Below, in pieces: positions 31,405 to 43,572 of a stretch of 64,000 bases of DNA. Both the position numbers and the translations under genes were made by a program. How positions within the stretch are numbered: the first letter of the stretch is position 1; every line of letters starts with the position of its first letter. Source of the stretch: Usitatibacter sp. (GTDB taxonomy: Bacteria; Pseudomonadota; Gammaproteobacteria; Burkholderiales; Usitatibacteraceae); assembly GCA_039915735.1 (NCBI GenBank), contig JBDSMR010000123.1:61-64060 (forward strand). Reading direction: 5' to 3'. The notes under the pieces were generated by a model. It was not told where the DNA came from. It ran no database searches and was given only the letters and a program-made list of their open reading frames with translations.

Positions 31405-31806
31405 TCAGGCGGGACTGCCCTGGGACAGATGGGATTCCACTGCCCGCAGCAGGGTCTCCTTCGTGAAAGGCTTGGTCAGGTATTCGTCGGAGCCCACCAT
31501 GCGGCCGCGCGCGCGGTCGAAGAGGCTGTCCTTGGACGAAAGCATGATGACCGGCGTCGACTGGTGCTTGCTGCTCTTCTTGATCAGCGCGCACGTCTGG
31601 TAGCCATCGAGTCGCGGCATCATGATGTCCACGAAGATAAGGTCGGGTTCGTGGTCGGCGATCTTGGCGAGGGCATCGAAGCCGTTGTCCGCCAGGATCA
31701 CCTGGCAGCCCGCTTGCATGAGGAAGATCTCCGCGCTGCGCCGGATGGTATTGCTGTCGTCGATGACCATCACGCGCACGCCGGCGAGATTCTTGGTGTC
31801 CGCCAC
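31405..31806 (-). CDS. pilG: CheY-like response regulator PilG
   Basis: It has a GTG start. VMVIDDSNTIRRSAE...DGFDALAKIADHEPDLIFVDIMMPRLDGYQTCALIK...VIMLSSKDSLFDRARGRMVGSDEYLTKPF closely parallels P. aeruginosa PilG. Confidence 0.9.
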   Translation of the reverse strand: MADTKNLAGVRVMVIDDSNTIRRSAEIFLMQAGCQVILADNGFDALAKIADHEPDLIFVDIMMPRLDGYQTCALIKKSSKHQSTPVIMLSSKDSLFDRARGRMVGSDEYLTKPFTKETLLRAVESHLSQGSPA

Positions 31807-32021
31807 TAGGCCCTCTGTATCCGCGGCGCTCGTACCGGTTGGAACCCGCCGCCAAAAGATGGCAGGAGCCCCCGGGACTGCGATCGACTCCCTGAAAAGC
31901 CGTCGCCGCCGCCAGTTATTGGAAACTCAGATTATTCCTTTTATTCTGCTAAAACAACCGCTAACTGCACCATCCTCATCCCATTTGGGAGGTATGGACA
32001 GGGCCGGCGAAGACGAGACCG

Positions 32022-32216
32022 TTAAAACTCCACCATCTCGAAATCGTCCTTGCGTGCGCCGCATTCCGGGCAGCACCAGCCTGCCGGAATATCTTCCCAG
32101 CGCGTGCCCGGAGGGATTCCATCCTCCGACCATCCTTCGGCCTCGTCGTAGATGTAACCGCAGGCGAGGCAGCGCCAGGTTTTATAGGGTTGTACAGCAG
32201 GCGCGCTCGAGGGCAT
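32022..32216 (-). CDS. Rubredoxin
   Basis: Two CxxCG knuckles are present: [12 protein letters not shown] and [13 protein letters not shown]. Confidence 0.9.
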   Translation of the reverse strand: MPSSAPAVQPYKTWRCLACGYIYDEAEGWSEDGIPPGTRWEDIPAGWCCPECGARKDDFEMVEF

Positions 32217-32361
32217 AGGCGAAACCGGATGCGATTGTTAGAATCTTCGGGACGCGCGCGTTTGCTAATTGATGTTAATAACTACGTGTTCGCGCATGCA
32301 ACCAAAGTCGGATTTCAAGTGTAACTCTCGCGCATCATCCTCGCTCCTCTTTCCCCCCTCG

Positions 32362-33195
32362 ATGAACGACAACTCCCGCTCCCTGCCCGCTGTCCTCACG
32401 TTCGCTGCGACCGATCCCACCAGCGGCGCGGGCCTCCAGGCCGACCTCCTCGCCCTGGCGAGCATGGGTTGTTATCCGCTTTCCGTCGTGACCGCGCTCA
32501 CGGTGCAGGACACAGCAGGAGTTGAATCATTTCTCGCGATCGATCCGGACTGGGTCGCGGACCAGGCACGCTGCATCCTCGAGGACATGCCCGTCGCGGC
32601 TTTCAAGATGGGCATGCTGGGATCCACCGAGATCGTGACCGTGATCGCCGAGGTGGTGTCCGACTATCCGGACGTCCCGCTGGTGCTCGACCCCGTGTTC
32701 GCCTCGGGGCGTGGCGATGAATTCGCGGGCGACGACATGGTCTCCGCGATCCGCGAACTGCTGGTGCCGCAAAGCACTGTAGTGACGCCGAATATCGCGG
32801 AATTGCGGCGCCTGGCCGACGAAGATGAGAATGACGACGCCAACCTGGCCGAATGCGCGCAGCGCCTTCTCGATAGCGGTTGCGAATACGTGCTGCTCAC
32901 CGGGACACATGGCAACACGCCAGACGTCGTGAACACGCTCTACCACCGCGGCGGCGTATTGCGCGCCGACTCCTGGCAACGCCTGCCCGGCAGTTACCAC
33001 GGCTCGGGGTGCACGCTGGCCTCGGCGCTCGCCGCCAACCTCGCCCGCGGGCTCGACATCGGCGATGCAGTCTACGAAGCGCAGGACTACACGTGGCAGG
33101 CGCTTTCCCATGCGTTCCGTCCGGGCATGGGCCAATACCTTCCCGATCGCCTGTTCTGGGCACGCGAAGCCGACGAAGAAGAAGATGGGAAGTGA
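32362..33195 (+). CDS. thiD: Hydroxymethylpyrimidine/phosphomethylpyrimidine kinase
   Basis: The internal ATG at 32362 gives ...VLTFAATDPTSGAGLQADLLALASMG. The C-terminal GSGCTLASALAANLA fits the ribokinase-like ThiD family. Confidence 0.9.
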   Translation: MNDNSRSLPAVLTFAATDPTSGAGLQADLLALASMGCYPLSVVTALTVQDTAGVESFLAIDPDWVADQARCILEDMPVAAFKMGMLGSTEIVTVIAEVVSDYPDVPLVLDPVFASGRGDEFAGDDMVSAIRELLVPQSTVVTPNIAELRRLADEDENDDANLAECAQRLLDSGCEYVLLTGTHGNTPDVVNTLYHRGGVLRADSWQRLPGSYHGSGCTLASALAANLARGLDIGDAVYEAQDYTWQALSHAFRPGMGQYLPDRLFWAREADEEEDGK

Positions 33196-33862
33196 GTTGC
33201 CCTCTGCATTGCGCGGCCTTTATGCGGCGACCCCGGAGATGGCCGATACCGCGGAGCTCTGCAAGCGCGTCGAGGCGGCAATCCAGGGTGGCGCCGCGCT
33301 GGTCCAGTACCGCGCCAAGGATGCATCGCCACAGCTGCGCCTCGAGCAGGCGTCGCGACTCTCGGACCTCTGCAAGGCCCATCACGTCCCGCTGATCATC
33401 AACGACTCCGTCGAACTCGCACTCGCCGTTGATGCCGCGGGCGTCCACGTGGGACGCGACGATGGCGATGCTGCGGTCGCGCGCCGCGCGATGCCTCGTG
33501 GCCTGGTGGGGGTCTCCTGCTATGGCGATCTCACGCGCGCCCGTGCAGCGCGCGACGCCGGCGCGGACTACATCGGGATCGGCAGCATGTTCGCCTCGAC
33601 GACCAAGCCTCACGCGATGCCGGCATCGCTCGAATTGCTCGCGCGGGCGCGCGAAGCCTCGGGCCTTCCGGTGGCCGCGATAGGCGGCATCACGCTTGCC
33701 ACCGCGCCCCGCGTCGTTGCTGCCGGCGCCGACATGATTGCCGTGATCAGTGCTCTCTTCGACGCTGATGACGTATCCTCGGCGGCGCGCGGCTTCGCGC
33801 GACTGTTCGCAACCCAACCTTCCGGAACACAGAATGTACGAACGCAGCCGCGACCTTTTTGA
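33185..33862 (+). CDS. thiE: Thiamine-phosphate synthase
   Basis: The internal ATG at 33185 overlaps the thiD end. [32 protein letters not shown] and AIGGI match the TIM-barrel ThiE pattern. Confidence 0.88.
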   Translation: MGSELPSALRGLYAATPEMADTAELCKRVEAAIQGGAALVQYRAKDASPQLRLEQASRLSDLCKAHHVPLIINDSVELALAVDAAGVHVGRDDGDAAVARRAMPRGLVGVSCYGDLTRARAARDAGADYIGIGSMFASTTKPHAMPASLELLARAREASGLPVAAIGGITLATAPRVVAAGADMIAVISALFDADDVSSAARGFARLFATQPSGTQNVRTQPRPF

Positions 33863-35123
33863 ACGCTCCCTCAACCTGATCCCCGGTGGCGTGAACTCGC
33901 CGGTGCGCGCATTCGGCGGCGTCGGTGGCACCCCGGTGTTCTTCCGCGAAGGCCTCGGCTCGCGGCTGACGGACGAGGATGGCCGCCATTACATCGACTA
34001 CGTGGGCTCGTGGGGACCGCTGATCCTCGGCCACGCGGATCCCGAGGTCCTTGCCGCCATCGGCAAGGCCGCGGCACGCGGGCTTTCCTTCGGTGCTCCC
34101 ACGGCGCTGGAGCTCGAGATGGCGGAACTGCTGACCACCGCGCTGCCATCGATGGAACAGGTGCGCCTCGTCAGCTCGGGCACCGAAGCGGTGATGAGCG
34201 CCCTGCGACTCGCGCGCGGGTTCACCAACCGCAAGGTCATCATAAAGTTCGAGGGCTGCTATCACGGCCACAGCGACTTCCTGCTGGTGAAAGCCGGTTC
34301 AGGCGCGCTCACGTTCGGCAATCCGACGTCGGCCGGCGTTCCGCCCGAGATCACCGCGCATACGCTGGTGCTCGATTACAACGATTCGCAACAGGTGACC
34401 GATGCGTTCGCGAAATACGGCGGCGACATCGCGGCTCTCGTGCTGGAGCCGATCGCGGGCAACATGAACTTCGTGCGCCCCACGCAGGAGTTCATCGAGA
34501 CGCTGCGCAGCCTCTGCACCGCGCACGGCGCGGTGCTGCTGTTCGACGAGGTGATGACGGGATTCCGCGTCGGACCGAGGGGCGCGCAGGGGCTCTTCGG
34601 AATCACGCCGGATCTCACGACACTCGGCAAGGTGATCGGCGGCGGCATGCCCGTTGGGGCTTTCGGAGGACGCCGCGACATCATGGCGAAACTCGCGCCG
34701 CTGGGCCCGGTATACCAGGCCGGCACGCTTTCGGGAAATCCCGTGGCCGTCACGGCGGGCATCACGACTCTTCGTCGCGTGCTGGCGCCCGGATTCTTCG
34801 ACCAGCTTTCGACGGTGACGGCGGGCCTTTGCGATGCGCTCGCGCGCGAAGCGAAATCTGCAGGCATCGCCTTCAGCACCGCGAGCGCGGGCGGGATGTT
34901 CGGCCTGTTCTTCCGCGATTCACCGCCCTCGAGCTTTGCGGAAGTGATGCAATGCGACAAGGCCGCCTTCAACCGCTTCTTCCACGCCATGCTCGAGCGC
35001 GGCGTGTACCTCGCGCCCTCTGCCTATGAGGCCGGATTCGTTTCGTCGGCGCACACGCCAGCGGATATCGGAGCCACCGTGGCCGCGGCGCGCGCCTCCT
35101 TTGCCATCGCCAAGGCAGGCTGA
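33834..35123 (+). CDS. hemL: Glutamate-1-semialdehyde 2,1-aminomutase
   Basis: The internal ATG at 33834 gives [27 protein letters not shown]. The sequence contains DEVMTGFRV and LGKVIGGG. Confidence 0.95.
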   Translation: MYERSRDLFERSLNLIPGGVNSPVRAFGGVGGTPVFFREGLGSRLTDEDGRHYIDYVGSWGPLILGHADPEVLAAIGKAAARGLSFGAPTALELEMAELLTTALPSMEQVRLVSSGTEAVMSALRLARGFTNRKVIIKFEGCYHGHSDFLLVKAGSGALTFGNPTSAGVPPEITAHTLVLDYNDSQQVTDAFAKYGGDIAALVLEPIAGNMNFVRPTQEFIETLRSLCTAHGAVLLFDEVMTGFRVGPRGAQGLFGITPDLTTLGKVIGGGMPVGAFGGRRDIMAKLAPLGPVYQAGTLSGNPVAVTAGITTLRRVLAPGFFDQLSTVTAGLCDALAREAKSAGIAFSTASAGGMFGLFFRDSPPSSFAEVMQCDKAAFNRFFHAMLERGVYLAPSAYEAGFVSSAHTPADIGATVAAARASFAIAKAG

Positions 35124-35132
35124 GGACGCGCG

Positions 35133-36284
35133 ATGCTGCCGTCGGCCGAAAGACTAGCCGGCAGCGGGCTCGCGATTGCGGCGTTCACCATCGTGGCACT
35201 CGCGGCCCTGGCGATGATCGAGCTCGACCGCGAGGCCGCGTTGCACCGGGAGCTGATCGCGAGCCTGCACGTGAAGGACAGCCTGGAGAGCCTGCGCATC
35301 CAGATCACGGACCTCGCCGGCGCCGCGCGCGTTTCCGCTTTCACGCAATCGTCGGAGGCGGCGCAGCTGATCGAGCGTCGCGTGGTCGAAATCGACGCGG
35401 AGCTCGACTATCTCGCTCAGCATCCCGCCCGCGAGGATCGTCCCGCCTTCGGTGAGCTGGCGCGCTCCGCCCGCCTGCTCGGTGTCAACGCGCGCTCGGT
35501 CGTGGCGGCCTTCGCAACGCGCGGCGCCGAGGCCGCGGTTGCTGCATCCCAAGAGACGCAGGAAGTCTCGCTCCAGACGGCGAACGCCCTGGAGCGGACG
35601 CTGGCCGCGCAGCGCGCCGGCATCAGCGAACGCATGCTCGCGCAGCTTCGGGTCGCCGAGAAACTGCGGGCGTACGTCTCGTGGTTGCTGGCCGGATCAC
35701 TTTTCGTGCTGGTCGGCCTCTTTGGTTTCTACCGTTGGGCCAAGACACGCGAACGCGCCGCCGCGCGGCGCATCGAGCACCTCGCGCACTACGATCCGAT
35801 GACGGGCCTGCCCAATCGTGCGTTGCTAACCGACCTGCTGGAACGCGAAGTAGCACGCGCGACGCGCAGCGAACGCGGCTTCGCGCTGGTGATGTTCGAC
35901 CTCGACGGGTTCAAGCTGGTGAACGACGCCTGGGGCCACGCGGCCGGCGACAAGCTGCTGGCGATGGTGGCCGATCGCGCGCGCGACTGCATGCGCGGCT
36001 CGGACACGGTCGGACGACTGGGCGGCGACGAGTTCCTCGCGATTCTTCCGGAAGCGAGCCGTGAGGGCGCGCTGCAGGTGGCCGAGAAATTACGCGCGGC
36101 GATGTCCGCGCCGTATTCGCTCGGAAAACACACAGCCCACTTGGGCGCCAGCGTCGGTGTGAGCTACTTCGGCAAACACGGAAATGATGCGGAGGCACTG
36201 CAGCGCAGCGCCGACATGGCGCTCTACGAGGCCAAGCGGCGCGGCAAGAATCAGGTGCTCGAAGCAACTTCCGCCAGCGCCTAA
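35133..36284 (+). CDS. Membrane-anchored diguanylate cyclase (GGDEF) with an N-terminal periplasmic/helical sensor region
   Basis: Two TM segments flank a helical, CHASE3-like region. The C-terminal domain contains HYDPMTGLPNR, RLGGDEFLAIL and ADMALYEAKRRGKNQV. Confidence 0.85.
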   Translation: MLPSAERLAGSGLAIAAFTIVALAALAMIELDREAALHRELIASLHVKDSLESLRIQITDLAGAARVSAFTQSSEAAQLIERRVVEIDAELDYLAQHPAREDRPAFGELARSARLLGVNARSVVAAFATRGAEAAVAASQETQEVSLQTANALERTLAAQRAGISERMLAQLRVAEKLRAYVSWLLAGSLFVLVGLFGFYRWAKTRERAAARRIEHLAHYDPMTGLPNRALLTDLLEREVARATRSERGFALVMFDLDGFKLVNDAWGHAAGDKLLAMVADRARDCMRGSDTVGRLGGDEFLAILPEASREGALQVAEKLRAAMSAPYSLGKHTAHLGASVGVSYFGKHGNDAEALQRSADMALYEAKRRGKNQVLEATSASA

Positions 36285-36901
36285 CGCAGGCCGGTGGCGT
36301 ACTCGGTGACCGCCTTCATGTCGGCGTCGTTGAGCCGCGAGGCGATCGGTCCCATCACGGCATGCGGACGGCTGCCGGACGCGTAGGCCTTGAGCCAGCC
36401 AAGGGTGAGGTCCGGATACTGGCCCGCGAGTCGCGGGTACTGCGCCGGAATTCCGTGCCCAGCGGCGCCGTGGCAGCCGGCACAGGCGGGTACGCCCAGG
36501 GACTTGATGCCCGAGCGCCAGATGGTCTGGCCGCGGGCCATCACCGATTTGTCGCGCGCCATCTGGCCGGCCGGTTTCTGCTGCTCGAAGTACGCGCCGA
36601 TGTTGTGCATGTCCTCCGGCGAGAGCGCGGCGGCCATACCCTGCATGATCGGGCTGGGACGGGCGCCCGATTTGAACGCGGCGAGCTGCAGTGCGATATA
36701 GCCGCCATGCTGTCCGGCGAGGATCGGATTCGCTGGAATCGTGCTGTTGCCATCCGCCCCATGGCAGGCGGCGCAGACGGTGCCGGCGATCTGCTTGCCA
36801 CGCGCGATGTCGGCGGCGGGAGCGGCGCCCGTTTCAGCGGCGGGCACGAGGCCTGCGTAAACTAGCGCCATGAACCCGGCAAAACCCGTGAGGACGCGCA
36901 T
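36281..36901 (-). CDS. Dihaem cytochrome c4
   Basis: It has a signal peptide and two haem motifs, CAACHG and CAGCHG, each followed by a distal Met region. Confidence 0.9.
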   Translation of the reverse strand: MRVLTGFAGFMALVYAGLVPAAETGAAPAADIARGKQIAGTVCAACHGADGNSTIPANPILAGQHGGYIALQLAAFKSGARPSPIMQGMAAALSPEDMHNIGAYFEQQKPAGQMARDKSVMARGQTIWRSGIKSLGVPACAGCHGAAGHGIPAQYPRLAGQYPDLTLGWLKAYASGSRPHAVMGPIASRLNDADMKAVTEYATGLR

Positions 36902-37034
36902 TCAGAAACCTCGCGAAGACAAGAAAGATGGAAAGGGGGAAACGAAGCCCCGGAATTTTACCGTAGCCGGGCCTTCCGCGCCCACAGGGAAATCGTCGGA
37001 GTCGCGTTTTCCGCTGGCGAAGGCCGCTTATTCG

Positions 37035-37625
37035 ATGTCCGTGCACGACCCCAAACTGCTGCCGCCGCCTGGCGCGCCCGAGATCGCGTTCGCGGGCCGA
37101 TCCAATGCGGGCAAGTCGAGCGCCATCAATACGCTCGCCGGCCAGCGGCGCTTGGCCTTCGTCAGCAAGACGCCGGGGCGCACCCAACTGATCAACTTCT
37201 TCACCCTCGGGAAAAACGCCTTCCTGGTCGATCTTCCAGGTTACGGCTATGCCGGCGTTCCTGGCGAGGTTCGCAAACACTGGCAGATGCTGGTCGGCAG
37301 CTACATCGGTGAGCGGGAATCGCTCGCGGCGGTGGTTGTGGTGATGGATTCGCGCCACCCGCTGAAGGAGTTGGACCTGACGCTGCTGCAGTGGCTCAAG
37401 GACGCGGGGCGCAAGGCGCACGTATTGCTGACCAAGTCGGACAAGCTTTCGAAGCAGGCCGCCCAGCGAACCCTCATTGAAGTGCGCAAGGAACTCGCGA
37501 AGCTCTTCCCGGGCGCAACGGTACAGCTGTTTTCGAGCCTCAAGAACGAAGGTATCGACGAGGCCGCGAACATACTGGCGCGTCTGGTGATCGGAAAAAA
37601 CAAAGCCCCGCCTAAAGGGGAGTAA
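37035..37625 (+). CDS. engB: Ribosome biogenesis GTPase EngB/YihA
   Basis: EIAFAGRSNAGKSSAIN is G1, DLPGYGY is G3 and LTKSDKL is G4. The start is uncertain. ATG 37035 is the first ATG not overlapping the cytochrome c4 gene, but the conserved N-terminal region may begin a few codons upstream. Confidence 0.85.
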   Translation: MSVHDPKLLPPPGAPEIAFAGRSNAGKSSAINTLAGQRRLAFVSKTPGRTQLINFFTLGKNAFLVDLPGYGYAGVPGEVRKHWQMLVGSYIGERESLAAVVVVMDSRHPLKELDLTLLQWLKDAGRKAHVLLTKSDKLSKQAAQRTLIEVRKELAKLFPGATVQLFSSLKNEGIDEAANILARLVIGKNKAPPKGE

Positions 37626-37715
37626 AGGCGGGGCAAAAAATGCCTTAATTGGGATTAAGGCGCCCGCTCAGGGAGGAGAAGCGGGGAAGGGTGTCATACC
37701 CTTCAACAGATATGA

Positions 37716-39366
<1,651 letters not shown>

Positions 39367-39372
39367 CGCGTC

Positions 39373-41694
39373 CTAGAAGATCTGGTTCTTCACTTCCTCT
39401 GGCGGACGCGTGGCGTCGCGCGCAAAGGAGCTGTCATCACCCACGGGCGGCTGCGACTCCTGGTAGAAGAACTCCGTCGTCTTGCTCACTCCGCTGGGCT
39501 CGCGCAGCCCGGTGATGGGATTGATGTTCACCGCCACCACGCCGGTCGGTTGCGTGAATTCCGTCTCGGGAACGCCCTTCAGCACCTTGCCCGCGTAATA
39601 CATCCAGATGGGCAGCGCCGCGACGCCACCGGTCTCATTCGACCCGAGACCCGTGGGTGTATCGAATCCTATCCAGGCCACGGCCGCGAGGCGTCCCATG
39701 AATCCCGTGAACCAGGCGTCGATGTGGTCGTTGGTAGTGCCCGTCTTCCCCGCGAGGTCCTGCCGGCCCAGCGACATGGCTCTGGCCGCAGTCCCGTAGC
39801 GCACCACGTCACGCATGAGCGTGGTCATGAGGAATGCGTTGCGCTCATCGAGTACACGCTCCGCGTCGACTCCCGCCGTCTCCGGCTTGGCGGCGTAGAG
39901 GGTCTGGCCCTTGTTGTCCTCCACGCGCGAGATGAACCAGGGCTTCACGCGATAACCGCCATTGGCGAAAACCGCGTAGGCGGAGGCCATCTGCAGCGGC
40001 GTGGCCGATCCCGCGCCGAGCGCCATCGTGAGGTAGGCCGGGTGCATCTTCGGATCGAAACCGAAGCGCTGGATATAGTCCTGCGCATAGTTGGGGCCAA
40101 TGGCCTGCAGCAGGCGAATCGACACCATGTTCTTCGACTTCGCAAGCGCCGTGCGCAGCCGCATCGGGCCTTCGTACTTCGCGTCGTAGTTCTTCGGCTC
40201 CCAGAGTTGCCCGCCGGTCTTTGCCGCCTCGATCACGAAGGGAGCATCGTTGAGTATTGTGGCGGGCGTGAATCCCTTCTCCAGCGCGGCTGAATAGATG
40301 AAAGGCTTGAAGCACGAGCCCGGCTGGCGCCAGGCCTGAGTGGCGTGGTTGAACTTGTTGGCGTTGAAGTCGAAGCCGCCGGAGAGCGAAAGGATGGCGC
40401 CGTTGGCGGGGTCAAGGGCCACAAGCGCTGCCTCCACCTTTGGCAGCTGGGCGATGCTCCAGGCGCCCTTCTCCCCGGCCTGCAGCCGGATGACGGATCC
40501 CCGGCGGATCGCGCGGTCGGGATTGCGATCGACCAGCGCGCGCGCGACGAACTTGAGGCCATCGCCGCTGACGGTCACTTCCTCGCCGCGGCGCAGCGAC
40601 GCCTTCACTTCCTTGGCGCTCGCCTCCAGCACCACGGCCGGGATCATTTCGCCCAGCACTTCGCGATCCTGAAGGGCTTCGTCGACGGCTTCATCGACCT
40701 CGCTGCCCGACGCCGGCAGGTTCACCTGACCCTCCGGCCCGCGATATCCGTGGCGGCGGTCGTATTCGACGACGCCCTGGCGCAAGCCGAAGTTGGACGC
40801 TTCCTGATCCTTGCGGCGCACGGTGGTGTAGACGCGCAGCCCACTCACATACGCCGATTCGCTGTACTGCTCGACGATCGCAGCGCGAGCCATCTCGGCC
40901 ACGTAATCGGCCCTGAACGCGAATGTCTCGCGCTGGTTGGGATTGAGCCGCAGCGGCTCCGCCACGGCCTTCTTATATAGGTCAGGCGCAAGCCAGCCCA
41001 CGTCCTGCATCCGGCGCAGCACGTATTGCTGGCGTTCCTGTGCGCGCTTGGCGTTCACGAACGGGTTCTGGCGCGATGGCGCTTGCGGCAGCCCGGCGAG
41101 CATTGCCGCCTCCGCCGGCGTGAGCTCCGAAAGGCTCTTGCCGAAGTAGACATTGGCCGCGGACTGGAACCCGTAGGCGCGCTGGCCGAGGAAGATCTGG
41201 TTGATGTAGAGCTCGAGGATCTGGTCCTTGGAGAGATTGGCCTCGATCTTGAACGCCAGCAGCACTTCGGAAAGCTTGCGGGCCAGCGTCTTCTCGCGCG
41301 TCAGGAAGAAAGTCCGCGCAACCTGCATGGTGATCGTGCTGGCGCCTTCGCGCCGGCCCTGCAGGTTCGCCAACGCCGCACGAGCCACGCCAGCGTAATC
41401 GACCCCGCCGTGCTGGTAGAACCGGTCGTCCTCCGCCGCGAGGATCGCCGCCTTCATGACCTGCGGCACGTCCTGGATTTTCACCAGCGCCCGCTTCTCC
41501 TCGCCGAACTCGCCGATGAGTTCGCCCTCCGCGCTGTAAATGCGCAACGGGATTTTCGGGCGGTAATCGGTAAGGACTTCCAGGCTCGGCAGGTTGGGCC
41601 ACAGCAGGACGACCGTCAGCGCCGCCACACCCGCAGCCACCAGGGCCAGGGAGAGTGCGATCAGCGATGGATAGAACCACCAACGGGAGGTCAT
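39373..41694 (-). CDS. mrcA: Penicillin-binding protein 1A (bifunctional transglycosylase/transpeptidase)
   Basis: GT51 motifs are AAEDDRFYQHGGVD and RKLSEVLLAFKIE. Transpeptidase motifs are SCFKPF (SxxK) and KTGTTND. It is divergent from pilM, as in many proteobacteria. Confidence 0.95.
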   Translation of the reverse strand: MTSRWWFYPSLIALSLALVAAGVAALTVVLLWPNLPSLEVLTDYRPKIPLRIYSAEGELIGEFGEEKRALVKIQDVPQVMKAAILAAEDDRFYQHGGVDYAGVARAALANLQGRREGASTITMQVARTFFLTREKTLARKLSEVLLAFKIEANLSKDQILELYINQIFLGQRAYGFQSAANVYFGKSLSELTPAEAAMLAGLPQAPSRQNPFVNAKRAQERQQYVLRRMQDVGWLAPDLYKKAVAEPLRLNPNQRETFAFRADYVAEMARAAIVEQYSESAYVSGLRVYTTVRRKDQEASNFGLRQGVVEYDRRHGYRGPEGQVNLPASGSEVDEAVDEALQDREVLGEMIPAVVLEASAKEVKASLRRGEEVTVSGDGLKFVARALVDRNPDRAIRRGSVIRLQAGEKGAWSIAQLPKVEAALVALDPANGAILSLSGGFDFNANKFNHATQAWRQPGSCFKPFIYSAALEKGFTPATILNDAPFVIEAAKTGGQLWEPKNYDAKYEGPMRLRTALAKSKNMVSIRLLQAIGPNYAQDYIQRFGFDPKMHPAYLTMALGAGSATPLQMASAYAVFANGGYRVKPWFISRVEDNKGQTLYAAKPETAGVDAERVLDERNAFLMTTLMRDVVRYGTAARAMSLGRQDLAGKTGTTNDHIDAWFTGFMGRLAAVAWIGFDTPTGLGSNETGGVAALPIWMYYAGKVLKGVPETEFTQPTGVVAVNINPITGLREPSGVSKTTEFFYQESQPPVGDDSSFARDATRPPEEVKNQIF

Positions 41695-41875
41695 CGAGAA
41701 GGTTGAGCGACCATATTCGGCTCTTGAGGCCGCGTCGCCGCGCGCAGGTTCAATTTACCGGAGTCATTATAGTCGGATGGTGTCTGTAGGGCCTTGCCTA
41801 CAAATTGCTTTACAGGCCTAGGACTTGTTGCTAGCATCTAAAGTAGATTCTCCGTTTGGGTGCTAACCATCCATC

Positions 41876-42973
41876 ATGCTTAAAGAAAAATTAGCCGCCC
41901 AGTTCGATTTCCTGAAAGCGAAAGCGCCGCCCCTGGTGGGCTGCGACATCAGCTCGTCTTCAGTGAAGCTGGTGGAAATCGCCGAGGCAGGCCGTAACGT
42001 TTACCGTGTTGAGCGGTACGCGATCGAACCGCTTCCCAAGGACACCGTAGTCGACGGGAACATCGCCAATATCGAGGCTGCCGGGGAAGCGCTCAAACGC
42101 GCCCACAAGGCTCTTGGCTCCCGCATCCGTAATATCGCGCTGGCTCTCCCGGCGGCCGCCGTGATCACCAAGAAGGTGATCCTGCCCGGCAACCAGCGGG
42201 AAGAGGACATGGAAGTCCAGGTCCAGGGCGAAGCCAACCAATACATTCCTTTCTCCCTGGACGAGGTCAACCTCGACTTCCAGGTGCTCGGCCCGGCCCC
42301 GTCCGGCGAGGACGAGGTGGAGGTGTTGATCGCGGCCTCCCGCAAGGAAAAGATCGAGGACCGCGTCGCGGCCGCGGAGGCTGCTGGCCTCAAGACGGTT
42401 GTGATGGACGTTGAATCCTATGCGTCCCAGACCGCTTTCGAGCTGATCTGCGGCGGAAGCTCGGGAATTTCCGAAGGCGACGTGACCGTGATTGTCGACA
42501 TCGGCGCCACCGTGACCCGCGTGACGGTCGTCCACAACGGGCAGACTGTATATACCCGCGAGCAGCAGATCGGCGGCAACCTCCTGACCCAGGACATTGC
42601 CCGCCAGTTCGACATGCCCCCGGAAGAAGCCGAAGCCGCCAAGCGCGTCGGCAACCTGCCGGAGAACTTCGGGCCGGACGTGCTGCAGCCCTTCAACGAG
42701 AAGATCGTGCTCGAGATCCAGCGCGCCCTGCAGTTCTTCTTCACATCCACCCAGTTCAACAAGGTGGACCACATCCTCCTCACCGGCGGTTGCGCGATGC
42801 TCGACGGCCTCGAGGAAATGGTGGCCCAGCGCACCCAGGTGCATACCGTGGTCGCGAACCCGTTTGCGAACATGGCCTTGTCCTCCAAGATCAAGCCTCG
42901 CCAGTTGACCATCGATGCTCCGTCGCTGATGGTCGCCTGTGGCCTGGCGATGCGGAGGTTCGACCCGTCATGA
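41876..42973 (+). CDS. pilM: Type IV pilus assembly protein PilM
   Basis: Actin-like ATPase fold: VGCDISSSSVKLVEI...VDIGATVTRV. Confidence 0.93.
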   Translation: MLKEKLAAQFDFLKAKAPPLVGCDISSSSVKLVEIAEAGRNVYRVERYAIEPLPKDTVVDGNIANIEAAGEALKRAHKALGSRIRNIALALPAAAVITKKVILPGNQREEDMEVQVQGEANQYIPFSLDEVNLDFQVLGPAPSGEDEVEVLIAASRKEKIEDRVAAAEAAGLKTVVMDVESYASQTAFELICGGSSGISEGDVTVIVDIGATVTRVTVVHNGQTVYTREQQIGGNLLTQDIARQFDMPPEEAEAAKRVGNLPENFGPDVLQPFNEKIVLEIQRALQFFFTSTQFNKVDHILLTGGCAMLDGLEEMVAQRTQVHTVVANPFANMALSSKIKPRQLTIDAPSLMVACGLAMRRFDPS

Positions 42974-43572
42974 TTCGCGTCAACCTACTTCCGCACCGCG
43001 AGGAAGCTCGCAAGCGGCGCCAGCAGCAATTCGGCGTCCTGGCGGGGATTTCCCTGGTGCTCGCCCTGCTCGTCGCGGGCGCGGTATGGCTTTTCCTCGA
43101 CCAGCAGGTTACCCAGCAGCAGGCGAACGTCGCCTACATGAAGGGCGAGATCGCCAAGCTGGACACGCAGATCGAGGAGATTCGCAAGATTCGCGAGGAA
43201 ACCGCCTCGCTGCTCGCGAAGAAGCAGGTTGTTGAGGGCCTCCAGAGCAACCGCTCCGAGCCCGTCCAGCTGCTCGACCAGCTGCTGCGCCAGCTGCCCG
43301 AGGGCGTCTACCTGAAGGGCATTCGCCAGCAGGGCGCAAAGGTCAACGTCACCGGCTACGCACAGTCGAACGCGCGCGTCTCCACGCTGATGCGCAACCT
43401 CGGCGCCTCACCCTACCTCGAGAATCCCGAGCTGGTGGAGATCAAGGCCGTCACGGCGCCCGGCGGGTCCGGCAATCGCGTCAACGAATTCAACATGAAC
43501 ATCTCGATCAAGCGGGCCGCGCCCGAAGATACGAGCGCCAAGGCTCCGGCCAAGGCGGCGGGGGTGAAATGA
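42970..43572 (+). CDS. pilN: Type IV pilus assembly protein PilN
   Basis: ATG 42970 overlaps the pilM stop. MIRVNLLPHREEARKRR is followed by a TM segment and a coiled coil. Confidence 0.9.
   Translation: MIRVNLLPHREEARKRRQQQFGVLAGISLVLALLVAGAVWLFLDQQVTQQQANVAYMKGEIAKLDTQIEEIRKIREETASLLAKKQVVEGLQSNRSEPVQLLDQLLRQLPEGVYLKGIRQQGAKVNVTGYAQSNARVSTLMRNLGASPYLENPELVEIKAVTAPGGSGNRVNEFNMNISIKRAAPEDTSAKAPAKAAGVK

Noticed and set aside
31355-31855. A 166-aa ORF overlapping pilG in another frame
   Set aside because: The pilG frame (31405-31806) is nearly collinear with P. aeruginosa PilG. The alternative frame is Arg/Pro-rich with no motifs.
32217-32361. A possible second TPP riboswitch upstream of thiD-thiE
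   Set aside because: I looked for the THI-box core (CTGAGA ... ACCCTTTGAACCTGATC ... AGGGA) on the thiD strand and found none. Only the thiC leader carries it.
36870-37034. The upstream ATG at 36870 as the engB start
   Set aside because: It would add ~55 Lys/Pro-rich residues with no counterpart in EngB and would overlap the cytochrome c4 start. The region is more likely the divergent promoter. The exact engB start remains uncertain.
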